Source: Candidatus Hydrogenedentota bacterium (GTDB lineage: Bacteria > Hydrogenedentota > Hydrogenedentia > Hydrogenedentales > SLHB01). From it: a DNA stretch of 64,000 nt. The stretch spans positions 1,568,001 to 1,632,000 of the forward strand of contig CAXXYE010000009.1 in assembly GCA_963674865.2 (NCBI GenBank), in the 5' to 3' direction. Within the stretch, counting starts at the first letter, position 1, and each line of letters starts with the position of its first letter. Positions 1 to 10,199 of the stretch are shown here, piece after piece. Both the position numbers and the translations under genes were made by a program. The notes beneath the pieces were generated by a model, which was not told the DNA's origin, ran no database searches, and saw only the letters and a program-made list of their open reading frames with translations.

Positions 1-2
1 AC

Positions 3-332
3 GCGCTGCTTCGCCAGGTTTTTTGCTCAGCCCCTGACGGTAATCTCCTCAACATCGGAGTGCATGCCACTCTGACACTGCCAACGGCCGATTCGTCAGG
101 TGCTGCAGAGAGAAGGTGTATTGTGAGCATTGTGCGGGCCAAAGCCGATGATGAGCAGGGCAAATGCGTTGTGGTGACAAATCTTAGCATCGACTTCCAG
201 TTCTTTTTCTCACCGGTGTGCGCCTTCTCAAGGGCATCCCTTGCTGACGCCTACGACATGGCCAGGAGTTATGCAACTAGGCTTCGTGACACCGATTTTG
301 CCTTTCTCTCTCCCAACGATGTTTCCGGTTGA
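3..332 (+). CDS. hypothetical protein, 5'-truncated by the window edge
   Basis: The frame of ORF 60..332 is open back to position 3; AT-richer than the downstream genes; no recognisable motif. Confidence 0.4.
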   Translation, partial: ALLRQVFCSAPDGNLLNIGVHATLTLPTADSSGAAERRCIVSIVRAKADDEQGKCVVVTNLSIDFQFFFSPVCAFSRASLADAYDMARSYATRLRDTDFAFLSPNDVSG

Positions 333-934
333 GCGGGTTTGGAGTCGGGCCGAATATGGCGCATGAAACTGAGAGAGAAGCTTTTCTAAGAGCGGTTGCC
401 CGTGCAATAGCAACGAGCGATGCACATGCACCAAGAGCCAACAGAGAGAGGCTTAAAGGGCAAACGGGCGCAATAGAGGGTTTGAGGACTACGGGCAGCG
501 ATGTGTCGCAAACGGATACCGCAATCCCGGAGGGTGCTACGAACATCGCAACCACCGAGATGGCACTCAGGAGGGCTGCAAGGCAAGATGGTATGCCAAT
601 GCCGCTTTCTGAATGGGAGCGGATTAAGAAGAAGGTGCAGAGAATTCCTGCGCGCCCAAGGCTATTCGCGAGCGTGGCGTCCACCTGTGTGGGTGGCCTT
701 ATCGCCGCAGTAATAAGCGCGGCGACGGCCTTCTCCAGCCTCCCCAAAAACACTCGGATGCCGTCCCTGGTTGCGATGTCTGTGGTTGCGTCAGTCTGTT
801 TGACGGGACTCGTGCTTTCCCTCGTGGCAATGAAGAGGGAGACAACGGGAATCGAGACAAGCAAAGAGGACGTCCTAGAGGACATGGAGGAGATAGAGAA
901 ACGATTCCCTGCCCCGGGTCGCTCGGATGTGTGA
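329..934 (+). CDS. hypothetical membrane protein (two C-terminal TM helices)
   Basis: 201-aa ORF with hydrophobic segments LFASVASTCVGGLIAAVISAATAF and LVAMSVVASVCLTGLVLSLVAM; true start may be the ATG at ~356. Confidence 0.55.
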   Translation: MSGFGVGPNMAHETEREAFLRAVARAIATSDAHAPRANRERLKGQTGAIEGLRTTGSDVSQTDTAIPEGATNIATTEMALRRAARQDGMPMPLSEWERIKKKVQRIPARPRLFASVASTCVGGLIAAVISAATAFSSLPKNTRMPSLVAMSVVASVCLTGLVLSLVAMKRETTGIETSKEDVLEDMEEIEKRFPAPGRSDV

Positions 935-1037
935 CCAGCCTATCCACTGCCCGAACTCCTCGCCCGTAACGAGGCGTTCACGCAATAACAGGAGCGCAAT
1001 GTCGAAAGTCCACGCCAAGACGTGTAGCGCAGGCCGC

Positions 1038-2618
1038 CTACACGCCCAAGGCGTAGAGCGATGCGCGGCGGGCGTGGATGCGGAGGCGGATGGCGTCTGT
1101 CGGCACGTCGTCAAGCGTCTTGCCGGTTTGCCAGCGCGGCCGGAAGGCCAGCGCATCGCCGGAGAGTGGGTGGCAGTCGGCTTGCGTTAGGCCCTCGATG
1201 GGGCGGCCGTCGGCGTCGGCCACTTCGACGCGCAGCCAACCGTCGGCTTCCGTGGAAGCGTTCAGACTGAGGCCTTGCGGCTTGTCCATCACCTGCGTCA
1301 GAAGCTCGCCTTGGATGTCCCCCGCCGTGTAGGCGATCCAGCGATCGCGCGGTAGCGCCAGCGCCCGGATGCCCGATTGGACGTCCGGATTCGGCACGCC
1401 GTGGTGCGTCTGGTTGGTGATGGAGTCGTAGAACCGGAGTTCGTCGCCCACGGCCACCGGCGGCGAGGCCATGGTGCAGGTGCAGGTGCCCGGCGTCCGC
1501 GGGATGAACGGGACGCGCGCGGCCTCGCGGCGCCAGTCGATGCCGTCCGTGCTGTGGAGGAGTTCCGTCCACATATCGCCCGTCGGGAGGTCGTACATCC
1601 AGACGATCCCGAGGTAGAGGTCGGCGTAGGGGAAGGCCGTGATGCCGTACCATTGCCGGTTGCGTCCCCTGATAATCGGCTTGGTTCTATCGCGGTGTTG
1701 GCCTTCGGTGAGTTCGGCCCATGCCGCGGCGCGCTCCTCCGCGGTGGCGTTGTCCTTCCCGGCGCGGAGCGCGGCCTCATCGAGCAAGTGATGGGGATCC
1801 GCATCGGCGTCATCCGTGTCCAGCACGGTGCGGTCGGGCGTCCAATGGACGAGGTCCTCGCTCTCCTTCCGGGCGATGACGCGGTTGCCTTCCATATGGC
1901 GCGCGGCGTAGGCCTGCGGCCGGCCGTACCACACGTACTTCTCAGCGCGGGCGTCGTAAAACAGCACGCTTGACGTGTCCCGCCAACCGGGAATCACGGG
2001 CCTGCCCTCTCCCGCAAACCATCGCACGCCGTCGTCCGAGTGAGCCACGTACATCCCGGACTCCGTCTCCGCGCTCGCCAGGTAGAGCGCCGTGAATCGC
2101 GCCTTGGCGGCGGGATGCGGCGTCTCCTCCGCGTCCAGCACGCAGAATCCCTCCGGCCCTTGCCTGCCCACGAGCCATTTGCCGTGCGCGTCCTTCTGGC
2201 CGCGGCACATGAACGCGTTGGGCCCGACAAGGCTCTCGCGCACTTCGGGCGACACGAGGTCCAGTTCCGGGCGGCGCCATTCAAGGCCGTCCTCGCTGAC
2301 GGCGTAGTACTCGCAGTAAACCGGCTGCGCGAGGTACCACATCCGCCATTGGCCTGAGCCGTCCCGCAGCACGCTGCCGTAGGCCTGTGCATCCGGCATA
2401 ACCAGCTCATCCGAGAGGAAACGCGGTTGCTGAACCACACGGCGCATGGCAAAGGCCTGGGCAACGATACGGCTATCGATAAGCGGAATGGATTTCATGC
2501 GTGTGCCTTTCTGTCGTCGTCTACTGGGCACGCCCCGAGGCAATGCCAACGGCCCCGCCAGCGCGGCGGCCGTTCGCCCCAAGAATGCCCTGCGGCTGAT
2601 ACCGTGTGTCGCGTGCAC
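1038..2618 (-). CDS. putative Tat-exported glycoside hydrolase (five-bladed beta-propeller-like)
   Basis: N-terminal SRRAFL twin-arginine motif; repeated S-x-DG-x-x-W motifs (SEDGLEW, SDDGVRW, STDGIDW); C-terminal beta-sandwich-like region. Confidence 0.65.
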   Translation of the reverse strand: MHATHGISRRAFLGRTAAALAGPLALPRGVPSRRRQKGTRMKSIPLIDSRIVAQAFAMRRVVQQPRFLSDELVMPDAQAYGSVLRDGSGQWRMWYLAQPVYCEYYAVSEDGLEWRRPELDLVSPEVRESLVGPNAFMCRGQKDAHGKWLVGRQGPEGFCVLDAEETPHPAAKARFTALYLASAETESGMYVAHSDDGVRWFAGEGRPVIPGWRDTSSVLFYDARAEKYVWYGRPQAYAARHMEGNRVIARKESEDLVHWTPDRTVLDTDDADADPHHLLDEAALRAGKDNATAEERAAAWAELTEGQHRDRTKPIIRGRNRQWYGITAFPYADLYLGIVWMYDLPTGDMWTELLHSTDGIDWRREAARVPFIPRTPGTCTCTMASPPVAVGDELRFYDSITNQTHHGVPNPDVQSGIRALALPRDRWIAYTAGDIQGELLTQVMDKPQGLSLNASTEADGWLRVEVADADGRPIEGLTQADCHPLSGDALAFRPRWQTGKTLDDVPTDAIRLRIHARRASLYALGV

Positions 2619-2729
2619 GGCTCAGAATGTCCTCAACATGGCGCTGTGTGAGCAAGAACAAAGGCACAAGGGTAGGTTAATCACCCCCGCGCGTCAACTA
2701 TCCTTAATTGCCCACAACCGCCCGTACGC

Positions 2730-4085
2730 CTAACCCGTTTCCTCGGAGTCTGCCCTTGCCTTGGGCAGTATCCGCGGCTCCGCCTCGCCAGCTTCCACCA
2801 TGCGCCGCTTGAGTCTGCTTGCCAGTTCCTCCCGGACGGAGTTGTAGGCGGCGTCGGAAACGAGGTTAGTGCGCTCGTGAGGGTCCTCGGCAAGGTCGTA
2901 GAGGAAGTCCTCGACGTAGACATTGCTCGAAGGGTCGGCGCCGGACTTCTCGGGCGCGCGGACGCTGTACTTCCACTGCTCTGTTCGGATGGCGCGGCCG
3001 CACTGGCTCTCGCTGATTTGCAAGAAGACCTCGTCCCGCCACTCCGCGCCTGCCCCCGACAGCATGTCTTGCAGCGGCCGGCCGCGCATCGTCTCGGGCA
3101 CGGCGACGCCGGCGGCCCTGAGAATCGTCGGGGTGAGATCGATCAGACTGGCCAGATTGGAAGGGCACTTTCCGCCTGTGAATCCGGGGCCTGTGGCGAT
3201 CAACGGTATGCGTATGCAGCCGTCGTGGCAGGAGCGCTTGTATTCGCTGTTGCGCGTGCGGAAATGGGAGCCGTGATCACTCGTGTACACCACCAGCGTG
3301 TCTTCCGCCAGTCCGAGCGACGCCAGTGCCTCGCGAACGCGCCCGGCATTCTCGTCCAGGCTGTGAATGCATCCCAGGTAGTCGGGAAACTCTTCACGCC
3401 AATCACCTTCCGCGCCGTCCAAGTCTCCCGGCACGACGAAATCCCGGAATCTCTCCTTCGATCCCAAGGGGCCCTCGTAGTGTCCGTGGTCATTCTGATG
3501 ATGCGGCTCGATGTACGACACAAACAGGAAGAAGGGCTTGCCGGATTTCCGGCTCTCCAGGTACTCAAGGACCCAGTCCGTCTGCGCGTCAACGCGGTAT
3601 CGCCCTTCCGGAAACACGCGCTTGCGGCCGTCCGCGTCGAACATGTGCCCGTCATAGCCGTGCGAGGTGAACTCGAGCACGTCCGAGGCCAGCCAGTAAT
3701 CGTAACCACCCCTCCGCTCGCTAGGGACGGGCCTTATCCTGAAGTCATCGGGCCCTCCCCTGGGCCCGCGGGAGGCCAGATGCCACTTCCCGATGTATCC
3801 GGTGTCGTAGCCGTGGGCGGACAGGAGGTGGGCGATGGTTCGCTCTTCCAGGGGCAGCATGCGATGGTTCGTGTGGCAGCCGACCTCCGTGGCGTATTTC
3901 CCCGTCTGAATGCAGGCCCGCGCGGGGCCGCAAACCGGCTGACAGGTGAAAGCCCGCTCGAACCGGACGCCTTCCTCGGCCATGCGATCCAGATTGGGCG
4001 TGATATCCAGCGGCTGGCCGTAGCATCCGCACGTGTCCCACCGCTGCTGATCGCTGAACAAGATAATGATGCTAGGCTGTTTCAT
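2730..4085 (-). CDS. sulfatase (formylglycine-dependent family)
   Basis: SDQQR, CGPAR (CxPxR), GYIGKWHL, YTSDHG, LYDLAEDPHE; start placed at MKQPSII. Confidence 0.92.
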   Translation of the reverse strand: MKQPSIIILFSDQQRWDTCGCYGQPLDITPNLDRMAEEGVRFERAFTCQPVCGPARACIQTGKYATEVGCHTNHRMLPLEERTIAHLLSAHGYDTGYIGKWHLASRGPRGGPDDFRIRPVPSERRGGYDYWLASDVLEFTSHGYDGHMFDADGRKRVFPEGRYRVDAQTDWVLEYLESRKSGKPFFLFVSYIEPHHQNDHGHYEGPLGSKERFRDFVVPGDLDGAEGDWREEFPDYLGCIHSLDENAGRVREALASLGLAEDTLVVYTSDHGSHFRTRNSEYKRSCHDGCIRIPLIATGPGFTGGKCPSNLASLIDLTPTILRAAGVAVPETMRGRPLQDMLSGAGAEWRDEVFLQISESQCGRAIRTEQWKYSVRAPEKSGADPSSNVYVEDFLYDLAEDPHERTNLVSDAAYNSVREELASRLKRRMVEAGEAEPRILPKARADSEETG

Positions 4086-4095
4086 AGGCTCCTTG

Positions 4096-5124
4096 CTACC
4101 TCGATGCCTCTGCAGCCTTGAGTCTCCGCATGAAGGCCTGCTCCTCCGCGTCCAACTGCTCGAAGAGGCGGCCTTCGGCGGGGCGCATGTCGAAGGAACG
4201 CCGGGGCCGGCCGTCGCCGTCTCGCGAAGGACGGACGCTGCCGTTGTGAAAACACCATCCCGCCGCGCCGCCCTCTTTTGCCGCCTCGAGATCGGCGATG
4301 AAGTCGGCGGCCTTCGGCGACCACCGGCCGTAATCCCGCCTGAAAGGCTCCTGATAGTGTACGGGCACCGCATGCTGAGCGGCCTTCATTTGGGTGAAGT
4401 ACTCGCGCGTTCTCGCCGCCGTCTGCGAAGGGGACTCGGCGTTTCTTGGCCGGTGGGGGCAGATGAAATCGACGTGTCCCGTGTCGATGAAGGCACGGAC
4501 CTCCTCACCCGAGATATCGCCGCCTTCCGAGGCCGTGCATAGCCGCTGCGGATCGATTCGCTTCACGGCCTCGATGACGCGTCCCACCTCGTCCATGGCT
4601 ACGTGCCGCGCGTCGCCCACGTTGCGCTCATTCCCGATGTCGAAGTACACATTGCGGAACGTCTTCAACTCACGCGCCAGCGCTTCCATCACGGCTAAGT
4701 GCTCTGAAAACTGACTTGGGAAGGCATCCGCCTTCTCGCGCGTCACCGTCACGTCCACCACCATGCCCCGCTTTCCGGCCATCCGGCACAGGCGTTTCAG
4801 CCGCCCCATGTAAGGCTCGCGCGCGCTCCCATCCGGGGCGACGGCGGAGATGTTATTGTCGAAGGCGTCCCACGTGGCCCAAAGCCGGATCCAGTTGAAG
4901 CCGTGAGCGTCGAGGTCGTCGAGGTCCTGTTTGAGGATCTCCCGCTTCTCGATTGCCAGGCCGCCGTAGTAACTTGCCCCCAGCAGGAAAGTGCGCCGGC
5001 CATCGAGCGTGAACCGCTCTCCTGAGATTCCCAGAGCAGGCCCCGACGCAAGTGCCGGGAGCGCGAGAGCGCTCAAGACGAGCGCCATCAAGAGACTTCG
5101 GAATGTCACAGCAGATGTGCGCAT
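4096..5124 (-). CDS. secreted glycoside hydrolase, TIM-barrel (clan GH-A-like)
   Basis: Signal peptide; GFNWIRLW; DIGNE acid/base-like motif; YQEP nucleophile-like motif; GWCFH. Confidence 0.65.
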   Translation of the reverse strand: MRTSAVTFRSLLMALVLSALALPALASGPALGISGERFTLDGRRTFLLGASYYGGLAIEKREILKQDLDDLDAHGFNWIRLWATWDAFDNNISAVAPDGSAREPYMGRLKRLCRMAGKRGMVVDVTVTREKADAFPSQFSEHLAVMEALARELKTFRNVYFDIGNERNVGDARHVAMDEVGRVIEAVKRIDPQRLCTASEGGDISGEEVRAFIDTGHVDFICPHRPRNAESPSQTAARTREYFTQMKAAQHAVPVHYQEPFRRDYGRWSPKAADFIADLEAAKEGGAAGWCFHNGSVRPSRDGDGRPRRSFDMRPAEGRLFEQLDAEEQAFMRRLKAAEASR

Positions 5125-5200
5125 CAGATAACCTCTCTCATCGGAAGGATACACTCTAGTTAAGCCTATATCCTTTTCCCGGAAGGAGTTGCATGCGCTG

Positions 5201-6535
5201 TCAGGAGGCGAGCCTTTCGCGGCACAGCGCCTCAATGGCCATCGCCGTCGTGAACGCCGATGAGCTCCAGTTTGCCTGTTGGCCCCCGTCCAGGCGTCCG
5301 ATGAAGAACACGTCCTCATCCCATCGGCCGGAGAGTGGATCCTGCTCCGCTACGAGGTAGTCGACGCCGCGCGCGATAAGCGGCGAATCGCGCCCGGCGT
5401 TCAGGAGTGTGAGGACGGCAAAGGCGGTGTTCAGATGCGGTGCGCCGAGATCCCAATGGGCGAGTCCATCTTCTGTTTCCAGGACGCCGGCCTCGATGTC
5501 GTCGGCGAGGATCTCGACGCTGGGGCGCAAGCCAATGACACCGCCCTCATGGTATGCCCGCGACACCAGGTAATGGAATGCGAGGTTATCCGGATAATAC
5601 AGCGTGAGCGTGTCGTGGTGTGTACGGTGACGGCCCTCTTCCGTGGCGGCGTTGATCAGCGCGATGGCTTCCGCGACGCCGGGCGTGTCGAGGCGGCCAT
5701 ACCGCCCCAGGGCATAGAGCACGCTCGTATTCACGAGTAGGTCCACGTCGTTGGGGATGGGCGCCGTACCGGGTGGCTGGTAGTTCAACCAGGTCAGAAA
5801 CGCGCCGGTGTCGGGCGGAAGCCAGTCCCAGTTGTTTCGGCGCGGCACGTCGCCCGTATCGCGCCAGTCCTCGAAGAGTCGCTCGAACGCCGCCGTGACC
5901 TCCGGGCCGTTATCGATGATCTCGTCGTCCAAGAGCGCCGCGTATATCGCTGCCGTATCGTCCGCGTCGCTGGGGACGGCCAGCTTGTGGGGATAGAACG
6001 GCGGGTCGACGGGCTTCCTCGATCCCATCAGGAGGGGCCCCTCAAACATGTGCATAAGAAGCGTTTCGAGAAACGTTTCCTCGGCGTCCGGATCTGGATC
6101 ATACGGCCAGAATCCAAAGGTGCCCGCGTCGAGGTCTTCCGGGCGTGCCTCGAAGCGTCGCATGAAGTCAGCGGCGCGCCGGCGCATGGCGTGGGCCAGG
6201 TACGCGTCCTGGGGGCGTAGGCCAAGGGCATCCGCGTTATCCGCTACTACCAGCGACAAGGCATGGTGGATGAACGCCGCCATGAACGGACTCACTTCCC
6301 GCACCCGGATCTCCGGATAGGTGGGCGACCAGTAGAACTGCGGCCAGTTGCCCTCTTGATCGATAATGGAGTCATCGCTCGCCTCGATGCAGCCAACCTG
6401 CTGCAGGGCGAGGTAGTGCAGGCCGCGCTGGATGGGCGTCCGCTCATCCTCACATCCCACCACGCAGAGGCAGGCCAGCGCCACCAGCACAAGTCGACTC
6501 GTGAAGCGGAATGAGTCAAAACGTCTGCAGCCCAT
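5201..6535 (-). CDS. lipoprotein with terpenoid cyclase/prenyltransferase-like (alpha/alpha toroid) fold
   Basis: Lipobox-like VVGC; DADDTAA motif; QW-like repeats (GLHYLALQQ..GNW, GVDYLVAEQD..GRW). Confidence 0.6.
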   Translation of the reverse strand: MGCRRFDSFRFTSRLVLVALACLCVVGCEDERTPIQRGLHYLALQQVGCIEASDDSIIDQEGNWPQFYWSPTYPEIRVREVSPFMAAFIHHALSLVVADNADALGLRPQDAYLAHAMRRRAADFMRRFEARPEDLDAGTFGFWPYDPDPDAEETFLETLLMHMFEGPLLMGSRKPVDPPFYPHKLAVPSDADDTAAIYAALLDDEIIDNGPEVTAAFERLFEDWRDTGDVPRRNNWDWLPPDTGAFLTWLNYQPPGTAPIPNDVDLLVNTSVLYALGRYGRLDTPGVAEAIALINAATEEGRHRTHHDTLTLYYPDNLAFHYLVSRAYHEGGVIGLRPSVEILADDIEAGVLETEDGLAHWDLGAPHLNTAFAVLTLLNAGRDSPLIARGVDYLVAEQDPLSGRWDEDVFFIGRLDGGQQANWSSSAFTTAMAIEALCRERLAS

Positions 6536-6624
6536 GGAGTCTCCCCGTTTCTATCCAATTCGGTGCCGCACTCCCCGGCATTCTATCATGCGAGCGAAGT
6601 TGCCTCCGGGACTCGCCGGCGTGG

Positions 6625-8115
6625 CTATCGGCGGGCCCAGAAGGCGGGGACGAACAGCACCAGCACACTGACGAGTTCGAGCCGGCCCAAGACCATGCAG
6701 AGCGATAGGAACACCTTCCCGACGTACGGGATCAGATGGTAATCCCGGATGGCGCCGACATGCTCGAGGCCGGGGCCGATGTTGTTGAGCGTCGCGGCCA
6801 CCGACGTGACGGCCGTCTGAAACGGCAATCCGAGGGCCGACATGAGCAGTGTTCCACCGGCGAACCAGAGAAGGTACAGGACAAAGAACGCGTACACCGT
6901 CTTCTGTACGCCCTCGTCCACCACCACGCCGCTGATGCGGATGGCGCGTACGCTCTTCGGCCGAAACGTCGATTCCAGCCGCGCGTAGGCCATTTTTAGC
7001 AGCATTACCACGCGAACAACCTTCACCCCGCCGCCTGTGGAGCCGGCGCATCCGCCCACGAACATGAGCACCACCAGCAGCGCACGTGAGAAGTACGGCC
7101 AGACGTCGAAATCATCCGTGCAGAACCCGGTGGTCGTCATGATCGACACCACCTGAAACGACCCGTACCGCAGCGCGTTGCCGAATCCGTACCGCGTCGC
7201 CTCATGGGCCGGCTGTTCCCCAGGGAACGAACCGGCCGCGACGCCCATCAAGTTCAGCGTGATCAGTAACGTGCATACCACGAGGATCCCGGCGTACACC
7301 CGCCATTCCGTGTCCCTCAACGGAGCCTTCCAGTCGCGTCGGAGCATGGCGAAATAAAGCGCGAAATTGCCTCCCGCGAGCACCATGAAGACGATGATGA
7401 TGATCTCGACAAAGAGGCTCTCGAAGCCCGCGATGCTCCGCTGGCTCGTCGAGAAGCCCCCCGTTGCCAGCGTCCCGAAGGTTTGGCACATCGCCTCGTA
7501 CCACGTCAGCCCGGCCAGGCGCAACGCCAGCGTTTCGGCCACCGTCATGCCGAGGTAGATCTTGTACAGAATCGACGCGGTGTCTTTGATCCGCGGCCGC
7601 AGGCCACGCGGATCCGGCCCCGGCGACTCCGATTTGAACATCTGCTTGCCGCCCGCGCCCAGGTAAGGGAGCACGGCGATGAACAGCACGATAATCCCCA
7701 TTCCCCCCAACCAATGCGTGAACGACCGCCAGAATAGGATGCTCTTCGCCGTGGCCTCGATATCCACTACCACCGTCGAACCGGTTGTCGTGAATCCCGA
7801 CATACACTCGAAGTAAGCGTCTACGTAGTTCAGCGCCCCCCCGAAAACGTACGGTAAAGCGCCCAGCCCCGCCGCCACCAGCCACGACAAGCCCACCAGG
7901 CCCAGGGCCTCACGTTGATACATCTTCGCCGGCGCCCGCCGGCCTGCCAGACCCAACAGTGCGCCCACGCCCACGCTCACCGCTATTGCCCCGAGAAACG
8001 CCCCCAACTCGGGCCATTCCTTGAAGTAGACCGCCCACGCTGCCGACGGCAGCATCAGTAGGCCGATCGCGCCCGCAAAGTGGCCAAGGTATTTGACGAC
8101 GAGCAGGTAGTTCAT
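6625..8115 (-). CDS. trkH: Trk potassium uptake membrane protein TrkH
   Basis: FECMSGFTTTG, WLGGMGII, TTTGF, GGCAGSTGGG, NNIGPG, GRLE motifs. Confidence 0.96.
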   Translation of the reverse strand: MNYLLVVKYLGHFAGAIGLLMLPSAAWAVYFKEWPELGAFLGAIAVSVGVGALLGLAGRRAPAKMYQREALGLVGLSWLVAAGLGALPYVFGGALNYVDAYFECMSGFTTTGSTVVVDIEATAKSILFWRSFTHWLGGMGIIVLFIAVLPYLGAGGKQMFKSESPGPDPRGLRPRIKDTASILYKIYLGMTVAETLALRLAGLTWYEAMCQTFGTLATGGFSTSQRSIAGFESLFVEIIIIVFMVLAGGNFALYFAMLRRDWKAPLRDTEWRVYAGILVVCTLLITLNLMGVAAGSFPGEQPAHEATRYGFGNALRYGSFQVVSIMTTTGFCTDDFDVWPYFSRALLVVLMFVGGCAGSTGGGVKVVRVVMLLKMAYARLESTFRPKSVRAIRISGVVVDEGVQKTVYAFFVLYLLWFAGGTLLMSALGLPFQTAVTSVAATLNNIGPGLEHVGAIRDYHLIPYVGKVFLSLCMVLGRLELVSVLVLFVPAFWARR

Positions 8116-8118
8116 GCG

Positions 8119-9459
8119 CTAGAAGAGTTTCTGGACCGCGTCGAGCGAGTCCGCCGCCGCAATGACTACCACGTCATCCCCGGCCAGGATCTCATCATCG
8201 CCCCCAGGCACAAGAACCGTATCCCCGCGTAGGATCGCCGCCACAAGGGCTCCCTGCGGGAACTTCGGTTGGATGTCCTTCAAGCGCTTCCCGATGACGG
8301 GCGCGGCGCCCCGAACCGCGAACTCGAGGATCTCCACCGAGCCCTCCTCGAGCACGGCCAATGACGATACGCGCTCCTGATGTACCATCGTGAGAATTCG
8401 ATTGGCGATGCAGGCCCGCGGCGTCACCGCGTGATCGATTCCCAGTTTCGCTACCAGCGGCGCAAAATCCGGTTGGTGGACGACCGCTACCGTCTGTCCG
8501 GCGCCCAATTCCTTGGCCAACACGCTGGCCATGATGTTGCGCTCATCATCATTGGTGGTCGAGACGAACACGTCCGCCTTCGCGATCTGCTCCTCCTCAA
8601 GGGCCAGCCGGGAGGTTCCATCCTGGCACACGACATTTGTGCGCTTGAGCAGGGCCGCCGCGTCATTGCAGCGCTTCAGATTGATCTCGAGCAGCGTCAC
8701 CGAGCGAAGCCGGTTCTCGAGCGTCTGGGCCAGGTGAAGCCCGATGCTCCCGGCTCCCATGATGAATACGTTCCTCGGTTTCGGATCCGTCCCCTGGAAC
8801 CGCTGAAGGACGGGCGCCATCCGCTCCCGGTGCCCGATGAGTGTGATCAAGTCGCCCTGCTCGATAGTGGCGTCGCCATGAGGAATCGTGATGTCGCCAT
8901 TACGGCTCACCACTCCCACGAGTACGCCCGTGCCCGGCGGACAGATGTTCTTCAGCGTCTTCTTCCGGCCCTGCCCCGGCGTCTTCGCCACCCGCACCTG
9001 CCGCATCTGGATGAGGCCGCGGCCGAAATCCTCCATGGCGACGATGCCGGGATTGTCGATGTACTTGGCGATCTCGACCGCTGTCAAGGCATTCGGGCTC
9101 AACAGGTAGTCCAGGCCCAAAATGCTCTCGTACAGGATGTTCGATTCGACGTATACCGGCCGATCCACCCGCGCAACGACCCGCTTGGCGCCCAGGCCCT
9201 TGGCCGTCGCCGCGGCCACCAGGTTCACCTCATCGCTTCCCGCCGCCGATACGAAGAGGTCCGCGTTGCCTACGCCCAGGTCCCGCAGCAACATGACGGA
9301 GGACGCGTTGCCCGTGACGGTGCTCACGTCCAGGCTGTTATCCACGTGCTCGACCCGGGTCGGATCCCGCTCGATGACGGTGACGTCGTGGTTCTCACTA
9401 CTCAGGATACGTGCCAGGTGGAAGCCCACACGTCCGCCGCCGGCAATGAATATATTCAT
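8119..9459 (-). CDS. trkA: Trk potassium uptake regulatory protein TrkA
   Basis: Two RCK-N GxGxxG motifs (IAGGGRVG, IMGAGSIG) plus RCK-C domains; adjacent to trkH. Confidence 0.95.
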   Translation of the reverse strand: MNIFIAGGGRVGFHLARILSSENHDVTVIERDPTRVEHVDNSLDVSTVTGNASSVMLLRDLGVGNADLFVSAAGSDEVNLVAAATAKGLGAKRVVARVDRPVYVESNILYESILGLDYLLSPNALTAVEIAKYIDNPGIVAMEDFGRGLIQMRQVRVAKTPGQGRKKTLKNICPPGTGVLVGVVSRNGDITIPHGDATIEQGDLITLIGHRERMAPVLQRFQGTDPKPRNVFIMGAGSIGLHLAQTLENRLRSVTLLEINLKRCNDAAALLKRTNVVCQDGTSRLALEEEQIAKADVFVSTTNDDERNIMASVLAKELGAGQTVAVVHQPDFAPLVAKLGIDHAVTPRACIANRILTMVHQERVSSLAVLEEGSVEILEFAVRGAAPVIGKRLKDIQPKFPQGALVAAILRGDTVLVPGGDDEILAGDDVVVIAAADSLDAVQKLF

Positions 9460-9539
9460 TGAGAGTTATGCGCCTTCGGAGTTGTTGGGAGTGTTCGCAG
9501 AGATCTTCCTACAAAACTGGGGGAACTGTCAAGAAATCT

Positions 9540-9699
9540 CCGCAATCGCCGGATAACTCAGCGGTGCCGCGCACACGGCGCTTGGATTTGGCGTCGTCTT
9601 CCGAAAGTGGCTTACCAGATGGGTGAGGCCAGCCATTTCGACAGTGCCTTTGTTTCCAATGACTTGACGCGCGGCACAATCGGCAACCCGGCCACCGGG
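9540..9699. mobile_element. 160-bp MITE-like repeat, copy A
   Basis: CCGCAATCGCCGG...CGGCCACCGGG; flanked by a GAAATCT direct repeat on both sides; homologous to copies at 16424, 50402 and 59445. Confidence 0.8.
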
Positions 9700-10000
9700 G
9701 AAATCTCCCCCCCCCCCGGGCCTGCGTCACAGAATTGGACCTGTGGTTTTTCGGCCAATTCTTCCGCGTATCTTGTAGAGGTCCCCTTACAATGTTTGTT
9801 TTTCCCCAGAAACGCGGTGCTCACGGGGGGCGGTAGGCCGACTTGAGGACGAAAAGGCGCTCATTTTCCTTCTCTTGGCCGGGAAGTCCCAAGCACTTGG
9901 CGCGGGCCACCACGAGGGCCCGCCCGAACCATCTCGCCCGCAACCGCCTCGGATACGGCGCCTCGGTTGTCTCATCGCGTATGGACACTCAGCATTCCGG

Positions 10001-10090
10001 CGCCCCGAACGGGGCGCTCGGCTGTAGCCGTGGGTGAGCGAAGCGAGCCCACGGGCACGGGGCCTCCCCGTCAAGAGCCCCGAACGGGGT
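10001..10090. repeat. REP-like palindrome cluster
   Basis: CGCCCC-GAAC-GGGGCG (10001-10016), CCGTGGG...CCCACGG (10028-10054), GCCCC-GAAC-GGGGT (10077-10090). Confidence 0.7.
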
Positions 10091-10105
10091 GATAGCGCCC
10101 TCACT

Positions 10106-10199
10106 TCACAGCCAAGACTATTCCTCGTCGAGAATCGACGCCGTGGGCCTTCAACAGCGCTCTGAATTCCTCCCTGAAATCCGTCTTGCGGTGATGGCG
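10106..10199 (-). pseudogene. C-terminal relic of an IS200/IS605-family (Y1/HUH) transposase TnpA
   Basis: Minus-strand translation RHHRKTDFREEFRALLKAHGVD, then frameshifted DEE*SWL*, resembling the usual IS200 TnpA tail (HH.K..F.EEF..LL..HG..YDE.YLW). Confidence 0.65.

Noticed and set aside
2877..4121. Long antisense ORFs (also 8380..9462, 37384..38778, 55016..56035, 60288..61718)
   Set aside because: Shadow ORFs opposite well-supported genes, expected in GC-rich DNA; no motifs
9612..9824. Short ORFs reading through the 160-bp repeat (PVAGLPIVPRVKSL...)
   Set aside because: Starts and stops are not shared among copies; best explained as translation of a non-coding repeat
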